DNA from: Burkholderiales bacterium
Lineage (GTDB): Bacteria > Pseudomonadota > Gammaproteobacteria > Burkholderiales > SG8-41
DNA: 64,000 bases
Assembly (NCBI GenBank): GCA_019744975.1
Contig: JAIETP010000018.1
Location: 1,371 to 65,370 of the forward strand
Reading direction: 5' to 3'
Shown here: positions 7,965-18,626 of the stretch, piece by piece
Layout: every line of letters starts with the position of its first letter
How positions within the stretch are numbered: position 1 is the stretch's first letter
The notes under the pieces: generated by a model
What the model was told of the DNA's origin: nothing
Seen by the model: only the letters and a program-made list of their open reading frames with translations
Databases searched by the model: none
Translations under genes and position numbers: made by a program

Positions 7965-10451
7965 TTAGTTCCTAAGCGGCTTACCCGTCTTCAGCATCTG
8001 CTCAATCCGGGCCTGCGTCTTCTCCGTCGCAATCAATTCCATGAAATGCCGGCGCTCGAGGTCGAGAAACCACTGTTCGTCGACCAGGCTGCCGCCTTCG
8101 ATGTCGCCGCCGCACATGACCGTCGCGACCTTGGTACCGATCAGATAATCGTGCTCCGAGATATGGCCGCCGGCGCGCATGTTTTCCATGAAGGCGCGAA
8201 TCGTTGAGATGCCGCTGCGCCCCAGCGCCGGGATCGCCCTGGCGCGCAGCGGCGGCCGGTATCCGGCTGCCGCCATCGCGCGGACTTCAGCCTTGGCGAT
8301 TTCGAGCAGTTCAAAACGGTTCATGATGACGCGATCCGTCGCGCGCAGGAAACCGAGTTCGCGCGCATGTTCCGCGCTGCGCGCGACTTCGGCCATCGCC
8401 ACTGCCTTGAAATACTTTTGCAGGAAGGGTGAACTGTCGCCACCCTTGGCATCGGCCGCGGCACGCATCGCAAATTCCTTGCAGCCGCCCCCCGCCGGCA
8501 GCAGGCCGACGCCGGCCTCGACCAGACCCATGTAACTTTCCAGTGTCGCCACCGCGCGGTCGCAATGCATCACGAACTCGCAGCCTCCCCCCAGCGCCAG
8601 GCCGTCGACCGCGGCCACGGTCGGTACCATCGAATACTTGAGCATTTGCGTGGTGATCTGAAACTGCTCGACCAGGTGTTCGACTTCGGCGAGTTTGCCG
8701 GCCATCAATTGATCGGCGACACCCATTTGCCGCGCCGCTTTCAGCGCCAGCGATTCGGCTTCGCGCTTCATGCTTTTGAACAGTTTGCCCAGGGCCGACG
8801 GCGGCGCAGGCGGCGCCTTGCTGCCGCTGGATTTTTTCAGATTGGCGCCGACCGAAAACGGCGGCTCGGTCTGCCATACCACGAGGCCGATGTAATTGTG
8901 TTCGGCTTCGGCGATGGCCTGTTGTACCCCCTGCAGTACATCGTCGCCGATGGCATGCATGCGACTCTTGAAACTGACAATCGCGATGTCATCCCCGGTG
9001 TGCCAGCAACGCACGCCGTCGGTTTCGAAAATGGTGGTGCCGTATTTGCGTTCCTCTCCGAGCAGTTTGTCCGGGAAAGGCTGACGTTTATAGACAGCCA
9101 GGGCTGAACGCGGTTGATAGCGGTTGCTCTCCGGCGCATAGGAGCCGTCGGGGCGGTGCACACCCGTGCGCGCCGGATCCATCACCCAGGCCGGCAGCGG
9201 CGTGTTGACCATGGCCTTGCCCGCAGCGATGTCCGCGGCGATCCAGCTCGCCACCTGCTGCCAGCCGGCGGATTGCCAGATTTCAAACGGCCCGGTATCC
9301 CAGCCGAAACCCCAGCGGATCGCGAAGTCGAGATCGCGGGCGTTGTGTGCAATCGACGCGAGGTGCAGTGCGCAGTAATGGAAGGAGTCGCGGAAAATGG
9401 ACCAGATGAACTGCGCCTGCGGGTGATCCGAGGCATGCAATTGCGCAAAACGTTCCGCGGGATTCTTGTTTTTGAGGATTTCGACGACGGCCTCGTCGGC
9501 TTTGCCGTCGGATACGCGATAAGCACCGGTTTTGAGGTCGATGACCTGAATGTCCTTGCCGACTTTCTGGTACACGCCCTTGCGCGTTTTTTGTCCCAGC
9601 GCGCCCTGATCAATCAACTTCTGCAACCACGCCGGCACGCCGTAATATTTGTGCCAGGGGTCCTCGGGCAGCGTGTCGCGCATGGTGTGCACGACATGGG
9701 CAAAAGTGTCGAGACCGACCACGTCAGCGGTGCGGAAAGTCGCGCTGCGCGGCCGCCCGATCAGCGATCCGGTCAGCGCATCGACGGTATCAAAGCCGAT
9801 GCCGAGGCGTTCGGCATGATGAATGGTCGCCAGCATCGAAAAAACGCCGACGCGGTTGGCGATGAAGTTCGGCGTGTCCTTGGCGCGGATCACACCCTTG
9901 CCCAGCGTGGTGACGAGAAAACGTTCGAGGTCGTCGAGAATGCCGGCGTCGGTACCGGTGCAGGCGATCAGTTCGACGAGGTGCATGTAACGCGGCGGAT
10001 TGAAAAAATGCACGCCGCAGAAACGGTGGCGCTGTTTCTCGGGAAAAGCGCCCGCCAGTTTGTTGATCGACAGGCCCGAGGTGTTGCTGGCGAAAATGGT
10101 GTGTTCGCCGAGGTACGGCGCGACCTTGTGGTAGAGGTCCTCCTTCCAGTCCATGCGTTCGGAGATCGCCTCGATGACGATGTCGCAATCGCGCAGCAGA
10201 TCGAGGTGCTGGCCGTAATTCGCGGGTTCGATCAGGTCGGCGCGGTCCCGGGTGGCCAGCGGACTCGGTTCGAGTTTTTTCAGGTTGGCGACGGCCTTCA
10301 GCACATTGCCGTTGGGGTCACCCTCCTTCGCCGGCAGTTCGAACAGGATGACCGGGACATTGGCGTTGACGAGATGCGCGGCAATCTGGGCGCCCATGAC
10401 ACCGGCACCCAGCACGGCCACCTTGCGCACCATCAGGGGATGAGCGGGCAT
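7965..10451 (-). CDS. Bifunctional 3-hydroxyacyl-CoA dehydrogenase / enoyl-CoA hydratase (dehydrogenase N-terminal, crotonase C-terminal; FadN-type order)
   Basis: Start moved to 'MPAHPLMVRKVAVLGAGVMGAQIAAH' (RBS 'aggag'). Rossmann fold at the N-terminus. 'GLALGGGCEFVMHCD' crotonase motif in the C-terminal third. Confidence 0.9.
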   Translation of the reverse strand: MPAHPLMVRKVAVLGAGVMGAQIAAHLVNANVPVILFELPAKEGDPNGNVLKAVANLKKLEPSPLATRDRADLIEPANYGQHLDLLRDCDIVIEAISERMDWKEDLYHKVAPYLGEHTIFASNTSGLSINKLAGAFPEKQRHRFCGVHFFNPPRYMHLVELIACTGTDAGILDDLERFLVTTLGKGVIRAKDTPNFIANRVGVFSMLATIHHAERLGIGFDTVDALTGSLIGRPRSATFRTADVVGLDTFAHVVHTMRDTLPEDPWHKYYGVPAWLQKLIDQGALGQKTRKGVYQKVGKDIQVIDLKTGAYRVSDGKADEAVVEILKNKNPAERFAQLHASDHPQAQFIWSIFRDSFHYCALHLASIAHNARDLDFAIRWGFGWDTGPFEIWQSAGWQQVASWIAADIAAGKAMVNTPLPAWVMDPARTGVHRPDGSYAPESNRYQPRSALAVYKRQPFPDKLLGEERKYGTTIFETDGVRCWHTGDDIAIVSFKSRMHAIGDDVLQGVQQAIAEAEHNYIGLVVWQTEPPFSVGANLKKSSGSKAPPAPPSALGKLFKSMKREAESLALKAARQMGVADQLMAGKLAEVEHLVEQFQITTQMLKYSMVPTVAAVDGLALGGGCEFVMHCDRAVATLESYMGLVEAGVGLLPAGGGCKEFAMRAAADAKGGDSSPFLQKYFKAVAMAEVARSAEHARELGFLRATDRVIMNRFELLEIAKAEVRAMAAAGYRPPLRARAIPALGRSGISTIRAFMENMRAGGHISEHDYLIGTKVATVMCGGDIEGGSLVDEQWFLDLERRHFMELIATEKTQARIEQMLKTGKPLRN

Positions 10452-10611
10452 GGGGATGACACTCCTGAAAGACGCTTGCTGAAAAGCGTGCTGAAAACGT
10501 GAAATGATTCTAGCACCAGTTTGCAGCAGGCCTGTGCAGAAAGCAGGCAAAAAGCGGCGGACAAAAAAACGGGCGGCCCGCAGGCCGCCCGCTGTCGGTT
10601 GCTGCCGGTGG

Positions 10612-11898
10612 TCAGAAGTTGTAGCTCGCCTGCGCGCTCAGGATATGTACGCTGGGATCCTTGTAATTACCCACCACATTGCCCTGCCCGCCAACGCCGA
10701 GACCGCCCATACGGTTGATCGGTGCATCCTTGATGAACAGGTAGGCATAACCGAAGTCCAGTGTCAGCTGCTTCGAGGCCTGGTACTTGCCGCCGATGGC
10801 CAACCAGGTGCGGTCGTTGTCGGGCAGCGTCACGGTGCGATGCTGGTTGGTCACGGGGCTCTTGTCGTAGGCCACGCCGAGTTTCAGCATGAAATCGTTG
10901 CGCATCTGGTAATTGGCACCGACACCGATGCGGTAGGTGTCCTTGAATTCAAAATCAAAACGGGCGGTCTGGCTGCCGGCGGCACCCAATGCCCAGGTTG
11001 AACCCGCGATCACCGGCACCTGCTTGATCGTGCTCCATCGGGTCAAGGTAATGTCGCCCAGCATTTGCCATTTGGGATCCACCTGGTGCGAAATTCCCCA
11101 CGACAGGGTGTCCGGCACCCTGGCGGTCGCGCTGATCGGGGTTGACGCCGTGCCAATCCCGGGAATACCTCTCACTACAGCCGTGCCCTTCAGCTCGTGT
11201 TTGATTGACGAACGGTACGCAAGCCCGATGCGGGTTGCCGGAGACAGGTTGAACATTGCACCAAGGTTGAAGCCGAAGCTGTTGTCGTCCATTTCCAGCT
11301 TGCTCTGGGCCTCGACACCGATGAATGAGGAACGGTTAACCTCTACCTCCGCATGCTGAAAACTGATACCGGCACCCAGTGAAACCACATCGTTCAACTT
11401 GTAGGCGATGCTGGGGTTGATGTCGATGGTCTTGATCTCGGCTTTCTGCGATTGGAAGCGGCCAACCCAGCCACGGTCGTAATCAGTGGCCAGGCCGAAG
11501 GGCACACTGACACCAACACCGACCCACCACTTCGGATCAATCTGCCAGGACAGATAGGCATTGGGCACCACATTCAAACCGCCGGCATCACCGCCATTGC
11601 CCGCGGGTGAGGGCAAACCACCGGGCGCCGCTGAAGCACCGGCATTGCTGAATTCGGAAGACGGCCGGATCAGGTTGATCGCGCCGGAGACCTGTCTGCC
11701 CGACAACCGCGTCATGCCGGCCGGATTGAAAAATATCGTGCTCGCGTTTTCCGCGGCCGCCGCCTGCCCGGCATAGGCATTGCCGAGGCCACTGGCGTTC
11801 TGCTCCATCAACTGGAAGCCCGAGGCTGCAGCCTGTCCAGCCATGGCAGCCAAAGCCGCAGAAACAGATAAGCCTATGATTTTATTTGAATATTTCAT
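10612..11898 (-). CDS. fadL: FadL/TodX-family outer-membrane long-chain fatty acid / hydrophobic compound channel
   Basis: Signal peptide 'MKYSNKIIGLSVSAALAAMAGQAAA'. 'SGFQLMEQNASGLGNAYAG' N-terminal hatch motif. C-terminal '..SAQASYNF'. Confidence 0.9.
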   Translation of the reverse strand: MKYSNKIIGLSVSAALAAMAGQAAASGFQLMEQNASGLGNAYAGQAAAAENASTIFFNPAGMTRLSGRQVSGAINLIRPSSEFSNAGASAAPGGLPSPAGNGGDAGGLNVVPNAYLSWQIDPKWWVGVGVSVPFGLATDYDRGWVGRFQSQKAEIKTIDINPSIAYKLNDVVSLGAGISFQHAEVEVNRSSFIGVEAQSKLEMDDNSFGFNLGAMFNLSPATRIGLAYRSSIKHELKGTAVVRGIPGIGTASTPISATARVPDTLSWGISHQVDPKWQMLGDITLTRWSTIKQVPVIAGSTWALGAAGSQTARFDFEFKDTYRIGVGANYQMRNDFMLKLGVAYDKSPVTNQHRTVTLPDNDRTWLAIGGKYQASKQLTLDFGYAYLFIKDAPINRMGGLGVGGQGNVVGNYKDPSVHILSAQASYNF

Positions 11899-12009
11899 AA
11901 CCTTCTCCTTGGTAAACGACTTGGTCGTTGGCATGGCTGTCGCGATGGTTCGCAATCTGGAAACATATTACCCGTCACTGCGCTGATTTCAATGGAAAAT
12001 GCATCGGTC

Positions 12010-12429
12010 TCAGGCAACCTGTGGCGGGGAAACCACACGTGGCTTGCGGTTGTTGTCTACGGCAACATAGGTCAGCACTGCTTCGGTGACCTGGACACAC
12101 TCCTCGCGCTCGGGGCGGCGCTGCGCATACACCTGCACTTCAACGGTAATCGAGGTCCGCCCCACCTTGACCACTTCGGCGTAAAAACTGACCACATCGC
12201 CGACAAACACCGGCTGCCGGAACACAAAGGAATTGACCGCAACCGTGGCCACCCGGCCCTGCGCCAGGCGAATCGCGGGGATGCTGCCGGCGAGATCAAC
12301 CTGGGCCATGATCCAGCCGCCGAAGATGTCGCCCGTGTAATTGGCATCCGAAGGCATCGGAATCACCCGCAATGCGGGTTGTTTGCCTTCGGGCAAGGTG
12401 GTCTTGCCCTCCCGTTCGTCATCACTCAA
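12010..12429 (-). CDS. Acyl-CoA thioesterase, YciA-like hotdog fold
   Basis: 'MPSDANYTGDIFGGWIMAQVDLAG' matches the YciA-type motif. TTG start as given by the track. Confidence 0.85.
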   Translation of the reverse strand: MSDDEREGKTTLPEGKQPALRVIPMPSDANYTGDIFGGWIMAQVDLAGSIPAIRLAQGRVATVAVNSFVFRQPVFVGDVVSFYAEVVKVGRTSITVEVQVYAQRRPEREECVQVTEAVLTYVAVDNNRKPRVVSPPQVA

Positions 12430-12440
12430 TCGTCACCCCT

Positions 12441-12468
12441 CACCTAATCACCTAATCACCTAATCACC
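12441..12468. repeat. 8-bp tandem repeat 'cacctaat' x3.5 (minus strand 'taggtgat', SD-like)
   Basis: Read directly at 12441-12468. Lies in the 43-bp gap between the acyl-CoA ligase stop and the thioesterase start. Confidence 0.95.
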
Positions 12469-12472
12469 GACC

Positions 12473-14278
12473 TCAGTGCCCAGCATACATGCCGTCGATT
12501 TCGGCGTTGAATTTTTCCATGACCTTGGCCCGTTTCAGTTTCATCGTCGGCGTCAGCAGCCCGTTTTCCACGGTCCAGGGATCCAGCGTCACGGTCACCC
12601 GTCGCACCTGCGCATAACCCGGAAACTCGGTGATCTGCGCCGCGATACGCTTGAGTATGGCTTTTTCCGCCTGCGCGGAGCGCGGTGCACCGCCATCGAG
12701 GCCCGATGCCGCCGCAAGTTTCTGCCAGTGGTCGGCGTTCAGCACCGTCATCACCGTGAGGAAGGGTTTGCCCTCGCCGAGCAGCATCACCTGATCAAAC
12801 AGTGGATCGCGGGCAATCGCCGCCTCCATGTCGCCAGGCGGTACTTTTTCGCCGTTGGACAGCACGATCACATCCTTCAGCCGTCCGGTAATGAACAAAT
12901 GGCCCTGGTCGCCGAGGCGTCCGGTATCGCCGGAGTTGAGCCAGCCGTCAGGCTGGATCATCGCCCTGGTGGCTTCTTCATTGCCCCAGTAACCGAGCAT
13001 CACGTTGGGCCCCTTGATCATCACCGCGCCCTTGTCGCCGATTTTGACCTGGACTCCGGGTATTGGCTGACCGACGCTTGCCGGAATGTTGTGGTCGGGA
13101 CAGTTGGCCGTGGCGATGGGACTGGTCTCGGTAAGCCCATAACCTTGCAGGATCGGCAGTCCGAGGCCGATGAAAATTTTCGAGATGTCGGCCGACAGTG
13201 CGGCACCACCCGACAAGGCATAACGCAGGCGTCCGCCGAGACGCGCCAGCACCTTGGCCGCGACCAGCTTGTTGAGCGCCGGCCACAGCAGGAACGACGG
13301 CAGCCACGGCCCGCGGCCCTGCGCGTGTTCAAAACGCGCATAACCGACCGCTGCAGCCAACAGGAACAGTTTTTTGCGCAGCGGCGAACCTTCATCCAGC
13401 TTGGCGCGGATGGTGCCCCAGATGCGCTCATAAATGCGCGGCACCGAAATCAGCATCGTCGGGCGGATGGTCTGCAGGTCTTCGCCGAGCTGCTGGATCG
13501 AGCGCGCATAGGCGGTGGTCGAACCCGCCATCACCGTCAGGTAATAGCCGCAGGTGCGCTCAAAGGTGTGTGACAGCGGCAGGAAGGACATGAAAATGTC
13601 GTCATGTCCGGTGGCCAGCACGCTCAACGCGGCTTCGGTGTTCGACAGGATGTTGGTATGCGACAGCATCACGCCCTTGGGCCGGCCGGTGGTGCCGGAA
13701 GTGTAGACGATGGTCGCCAGCGTGCCGCCGTCGCGCGCCAGGTGCCGGGTCGCGCCGCCGTCATCCGGCAGCCAGTCGCCGATCCATTTCAGGCGCACAT
13801 CGCTGCCCGCTGCCGGCGCAGCATTGACGCTGAGAAAACGCACTACAGCGCCCAACTGGCCAATCACCTCCTGCAGACCCTGCCATTGCTCCTGGCCGTC
13901 GATCAGCAGCACCTTGCAGCCGGCGTTGTTGATGATATAGGCAACGTTGTCGCAGCGATCCTGGGTATACAGCGGCACCACCACCAGCCCGAGGCCCAGT
14001 GCAGCCTGGTCGAAGACCACCCATTCCGGCGAATTGCGCAGCATCACCGCGACGCGGTCGCCGGCTTGCAAACCTTCGCTTTCCAGCGCCGCCTGCCAGC
14101 GCGCGATCTGGCGGTCGATCTGCGCCCAGGTGTAATCGCGCCAGTTGCCGTGCTGCTCGTTGTAGGCCTTGTAGGCAACGATGTCCGGCGTGCGTTTCAC
14201 GCGTTCGCGAAACAGGCCGTCGAGCGTGCCCGCTGCCGCCATCGGAATGACGTGCGATGTATCGTTGTTTTTATTCAT
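12473..14278 (-). CDS. fadD: Long-chain acyl-CoA synthetase (AMP-forming)
   Basis: AMP-binding signature 'YTSGTTGRPKGVMLSH'. 'GYGLTETS', 'GWLNSGDTG', 'PTMKLKR'. 601 aa. Confidence 0.9.
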   Translation of the reverse strand: MNKNNDTSHVIPMAAAGTLDGLFRERVKRTPDIVAYKAYNEQHGNWRDYTWAQIDRQIARWQAALESEGLQAGDRVAVMLRNSPEWVVFDQAALGLGLVVVPLYTQDRCDNVAYIINNAGCKVLLIDGQEQWQGLQEVIGQLGAVVRFLSVNAAPAAGSDVRLKWIGDWLPDDGGATRHLARDGGTLATIVYTSGTTGRPKGVMLSHTNILSNTEAALSVLATGHDDIFMSFLPLSHTFERTCGYYLTVMAGSTTAYARSIQQLGEDLQTIRPTMLISVPRIYERIWGTIRAKLDEGSPLRKKLFLLAAAVGYARFEHAQGRGPWLPSFLLWPALNKLVAAKVLARLGGRLRYALSGGAALSADISKIFIGLGLPILQGYGLTETSPIATANCPDHNIPASVGQPIPGVQVKIGDKGAVMIKGPNVMLGYWGNEEATRAMIQPDGWLNSGDTGRLGDQGHLFITGRLKDVIVLSNGEKVPPGDMEAAIARDPLFDQVMLLGEGKPFLTVMTVLNADHWQKLAAASGLDGGAPRSAQAEKAILKRIAAQITEFPGYAQVRRVTVTLDPWTVENGLLTPTMKLKRAKVMEKFNAEIDGMYAGH

Positions 14279-14301
14279 CCTGCATCCTCCTTGCCGAAGC
14301 G

Positions 14302-15123
<822 letters not shown>

Positions 15124-15139
15124 TGTTTATTTTCCTCAT

Positions 15140-15925
15140 TTACCTGCCTTTGAACAGCGGTTTTCGTTTGTCGGCAAAAGCGGTGACGCCCTCGGCAAAA
15201 TCCGCCGTTGCCGCGCAGCGCGCGAATGCCAGCGCCTCGGCATCAAGATGCACGGCCAGCCCGTCAAGCAGCGCGCGGTTGGCCAGCGCCTTGGTTTCGG
15301 CATGGGCGCGCGCCGGCCCCGCCGCCAGGCGCCGCGCCAGTTTTTCGACCTCAAGGGACCATTGGTCCATCGCAATCACGCGATTGACCACACCGAGGCC
15401 TCGCATGATTTCAGCATCCACTGTATCGGCCAGCAACATCAGCTCCATCGCCTTCTGGTACCCGGTCAATCGCGGCAAAAACCAGGTCGCTCCCCCGTCG
15501 GGGCTGGTGCCGATGCGGCTGTAGGCCAGCGAAAACTGCGTACCCGCCGCGGCCAGCACCAAGTCGCAGGCGAGCATGATGCTGACACCGGCGCCGGCAA
15601 CTGCGCCATGCACGGCGGCGATCACCGGTTGCTGCGCGCGACGCAAGGCGAGGATGCCGTGGTGCAGTTCAGCCGCCAGCTCCGGCACCAGCGCGGCCAT
15701 CGCGGCGACATTGTCACGGAACATCGCGACGTCACCACCGGCGACAAACCCCGGACCGGCACCGCGCAGCACGATGACCCGCACCGCAGAATCACCTGTC
15801 GCACGTTCGCAGGCTGCGCGGAAGGCGCGAATCATGTCCGCGTCCAGCGCGTTCATCACCGCCGGGCGGTTGAAGGTGATGGTGGCAATACCCTCACTGA
15901 CTGCGTAGAGCATGACGCTCATCAT
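15140..15925 (-). CDS. Enoyl-CoA hydratase/isomerase family protein
   Basis: 'ITFNRPAVMNALD', 'GAGPGFVAGGDV', 'AAVHGAVAGAG'. Start overlaps the fadE stop (ATGATGA). Confidence 0.9.
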   Translation of the reverse strand: MMSVMLYAVSEGIATITFNRPAVMNALDADMIRAFRAACERATGDSAVRVIVLRGAGPGFVAGGDVAMFRDNVAAMAALVPELAAELHHGILALRRAQQPVIAAVHGAVAGAGVSIMLACDLVLAAAGTQFSLAYSRIGTSPDGGATWFLPRLTGYQKAMELMLLADTVDAEIMRGLGVVNRVIAMDQWSLEVEKLARRLAAGPARAHAETKALANRALLDGLAVHLDAEALAFARCAATADFAEGVTAFADKRKPLFKGR

Positions 15926-18432
15926 TTACGCGCCAACGCCTCGAACGTAACCGGCTGCGTGGTCTGATGTATTTCCGATTTGCCGAAGTCTTTCGGAAAA
16001 TCATCGACCATGATCACTTTGCGCCGCAGTTCTGCAGCGCGCTTCAGCAGATCAGCTTCTGCCTGCGTGATCACGCCCGCCTTTAATCCTGCAGCAGCAA
16101 TCTGGTCTGCGAAGCCGCGTTTGATGCGCCCTGCCTGCTGCGCCTGGCGCAGCTTGGCCTCCACCGGTTCGGCGGCGATCACCGCCACCAGCGCCGACTC
16201 CAGCGTGCGCACCGGATCGTTTTCATTTTCGGAAATGAACACGCCACGCGTCAGCCGGTCGCGCGTCGGCCCCGGCGTCATCATCAATCCGACCACCTCG
16301 TGCCCCAGTGGATCGCGCGGTGGCGCGAACTCGCGACCATAAGGCATCAGCAGCGGGAAGATGAGTCCCCGCAGCAGCCAGGACACGACCGGCCAGGGCA
16401 GGTTTTCGAAAATCGAATAAAACGCCTCTTCGATGCGGTACAGGCAATCGAGCAGTCCCCAGCGCACCAGCGGCAGGTCGGCCTGCGGGCGGCCGTCGTC
16501 TTCGTAACGTTTCAGCACGGCGGAGGCCAGATACAACTGGCTCAGCACATCACCCAATCGGGCTGAAAGACGCTCCCTTCGTTTCAACGATCCGCCGCAG
16601 AGGAACATCGCCATGTCGGCGGTCAGCGCGAATCCGCTCGAAAGCCGCGTCAGCTGCTGGTAATAATGTTTCAGCTCCGGCGCGCCGCCGGGCACTGCTG
16701 TCAGTCGGGCGCCGGTCATGCCCATCCACAACACCCGCGCCACGTTGGACAGCGTAAATGCGATATGGCCGAAAAACGCGCGGTCGAAATCGCGCAATGC
16801 CTTTTGCGGGTCTTTTTCGCGCGTCGCCTCAATCTCTTTCAACACAAAGGGATGGCCGCGGATCGCGCCCTGGCCGAAAATGATCATGGTCCGGGTCAGG
16901 ATGTTCGCGCCCTCGACGGTGATCGCGATCGGCGTCTGCATATAGGCACTGGCAAGGTAATTGTTTGGCCCCATGCAGATGCCCTTGCCACCATGCACAT
17001 CCATCGCATCGTTGATGACCTGGCGACCGCGCTCGGTGAGGTGGTATTTGACGATGGCCGAGATCACCGATGGTTTTTCGCCGAGGTCCACGGCACCGGC
17101 GGTCATCACCCGCGCCGCATCCATCACATAGACATTGCCGGCGATGCGCGCCATCGCTTCTTCAACACCTTCAAACTTGCCGATCGACAGCTTGAACTGC
17201 TGGCGCACACGACCGTAAGCACCGGTAGTCAATGTCGACAACTTCGAAATACCCACGCCGTTGGCCGGCAGCGAAATCGAACGCCCGGCAGCGAGGCAGT
17301 TCATCAGCATTTTCCAGCCCTCACCCACCTGCGCCACGCCGCCGATCACGTACTCCATCGGGATGAATACATCCTTGCCCCAGTTCGGGCCGTTCATGAA
17401 GGTCGCGGTCATCGCGCGATGGCGGCGGCCAATGTGCACGCCCGGCATGTCGGTGGGCACCAGCGCCAGCGTGATGCCGATGTCGCCCTGCTCATTTCCC
17501 CTCTCACCCAGCAGGTGATCAGGATCGTAGAGTTGAAAGGCCAGACCGAGCAAGGTCGCAATCGGGCCCAGCGTGATGTAGCGTTTTTCCCAGGTCAGGC
17601 GGATGCCCAGCACATCGGGCTTGCCTTGCCATTCACCTTTGCACACGATGCCGAAATCCGGAATGCCGCCGGCATCCGAGCCGGCTTCCGGGCTGGTCAA
17701 CGCAAAACAGGGCATCTCGATGCCCTTGGCCAGCCGCGGCAGGTAATAGTCTTTCTGCTCCTTGGTGCCGTAATGCAGCAGCAATTCCGCGGGCCCCAGC
17801 GAGTTGGGCACCATCACCGACACCGCGGCCGTACCGCTGCGCGTGGTCAGCTGCATCACCACCTGTGAATGCGCCAGCGCGGAAAAACCCTTGCCGCCAT
17901 ATTCCTTGGGAATGATCATGCCGAGGAAGCCGTTGTCCTTGATGAACTGCCAGACCTGCGGCGGCATGTCACTGGCTTCGTAGGTGACTTCCCAGTCACT
18001 CAACATTTCGCAGAGTTCGTGCAGCGGGCCCTTGATGAAGGCCTGCTCTTCCGCAGTCAGCCGCGGTTTGGGATAGGCCAGCAGTTTGCTCCAGTCGGGT
18101 TTACCGCTGAACAATTCGCCGTCCCACCACACGGTACCGGCTTCCAGCGCCTCCTGTTCGGTCTGCGACACTGCGGGCAGAATACGGCGGAACAGTTTCA
18201 GCAGCGGCGCGCCGGCCACCGCACGCCGCAGCGGCGACGGGATCGCCAGCAGCGAGATCACGACCAGCAGCACCCAGGCAGTGGTCAGCAAACCTTGCGG
18301 CCACAAGGGGCAATAGGTCAGCCCGCCCAGCGCGGCGGCATACACCACCGTCCACACCAGCGCCGGCACGCGGTGATAGGCCAGGAACCAGGCCACCGCG
18401 ACCGCGGCGAGCAGCGTCAACAGGACAAACAT
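15922..18432 (-). CDS. fadE: Large membrane-anchored acyl-CoA dehydrogenase (FadE type)
   Basis: 836 aa. N-terminal TM helices, central ACAD domains and a long C-terminal extension, as in E. coli FadE. Confidence 0.9.
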   Translation of the reverse strand: MFVLLTLLAAVAVAWFLAYHRVPALVWTVVYAAALGGLTYCPLWPQGLLTTAWVLLVVISLLAIPSPLRRAVAGAPLLKLFRRILPAVSQTEQEALEAGTVWWDGELFSGKPDWSKLLAYPKPRLTAEEQAFIKGPLHELCEMLSDWEVTYEASDMPPQVWQFIKDNGFLGMIIPKEYGGKGFSALAHSQVVMQLTTRSGTAAVSVMVPNSLGPAELLLHYGTKEQKDYYLPRLAKGIEMPCFALTSPEAGSDAGGIPDFGIVCKGEWQGKPDVLGIRLTWEKRYITLGPIATLLGLAFQLYDPDHLLGERGNEQGDIGITLALVPTDMPGVHIGRRHRAMTATFMNGPNWGKDVFIPMEYVIGGVAQVGEGWKMLMNCLAAGRSISLPANGVGISKLSTLTTGAYGRVRQQFKLSIGKFEGVEEAMARIAGNVYVMDAARVMTAGAVDLGEKPSVISAIVKYHLTERGRQVINDAMDVHGGKGICMGPNNYLASAYMQTPIAITVEGANILTRTMIIFGQGAIRGHPFVLKEIEATREKDPQKALRDFDRAFFGHIAFTLSNVARVLWMGMTGARLTAVPGGAPELKHYYQQLTRLSSGFALTADMAMFLCGGSLKRRERLSARLGDVLSQLYLASAVLKRYEDDGRPQADLPLVRWGLLDCLYRIEEAFYSIFENLPWPVVSWLLRGLIFPLLMPYGREFAPPRDPLGHEVVGLMMTPGPTRDRLTRGVFISENENDPVRTLESALVAVIAAEPVEAKLRQAQQAGRIKRGFADQIAAAGLKAGVITQAEADLLKRAAELRRKVIMVDDFPKDFGKSEIHQTTQPVTFEALARK

Positions 18433-18545
18433 CGTGATACCTCCGCCGGGATAACGCGGCGCCGGACAGCAGCTAGCAGATCAGCGACGCGCGGGCCGGT
18501 TCAAAAAAACCGGTGCCATGTCTTTGAATTCGAGCATACACGCCG

Positions 18546-18563
18546 GGTTGTCTCGCGACAACC
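18546..18563. promoter_or_regulatory. 18-bp palindrome GGTTGTC-tcgc-GACAACC upstream of fadE (candidate operator)
   Basis: Perfect 7-bp arms read directly. Located about 115 bp upstream of the fadE ATG and abutting AT-rich motif copy a. Confidence 0.4.
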
Positions 18564-18598
18564 AAGATAAGTATTTGATTTTATTAATTATTTTATAC
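18564..18598 (-). repeat. AT-rich dispersed motif, copy a (core 18567-18585, reverse orientation)
   Basis: Minus strand reads 'gtataaaataattaataaaatcaaatacttatc'. Contains aATCAAatacTTA. Confidence 0.85.
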
Positions 18599-18626
18599 GG
18601 CTGCGGGTGACACTGAAATGACTCGT

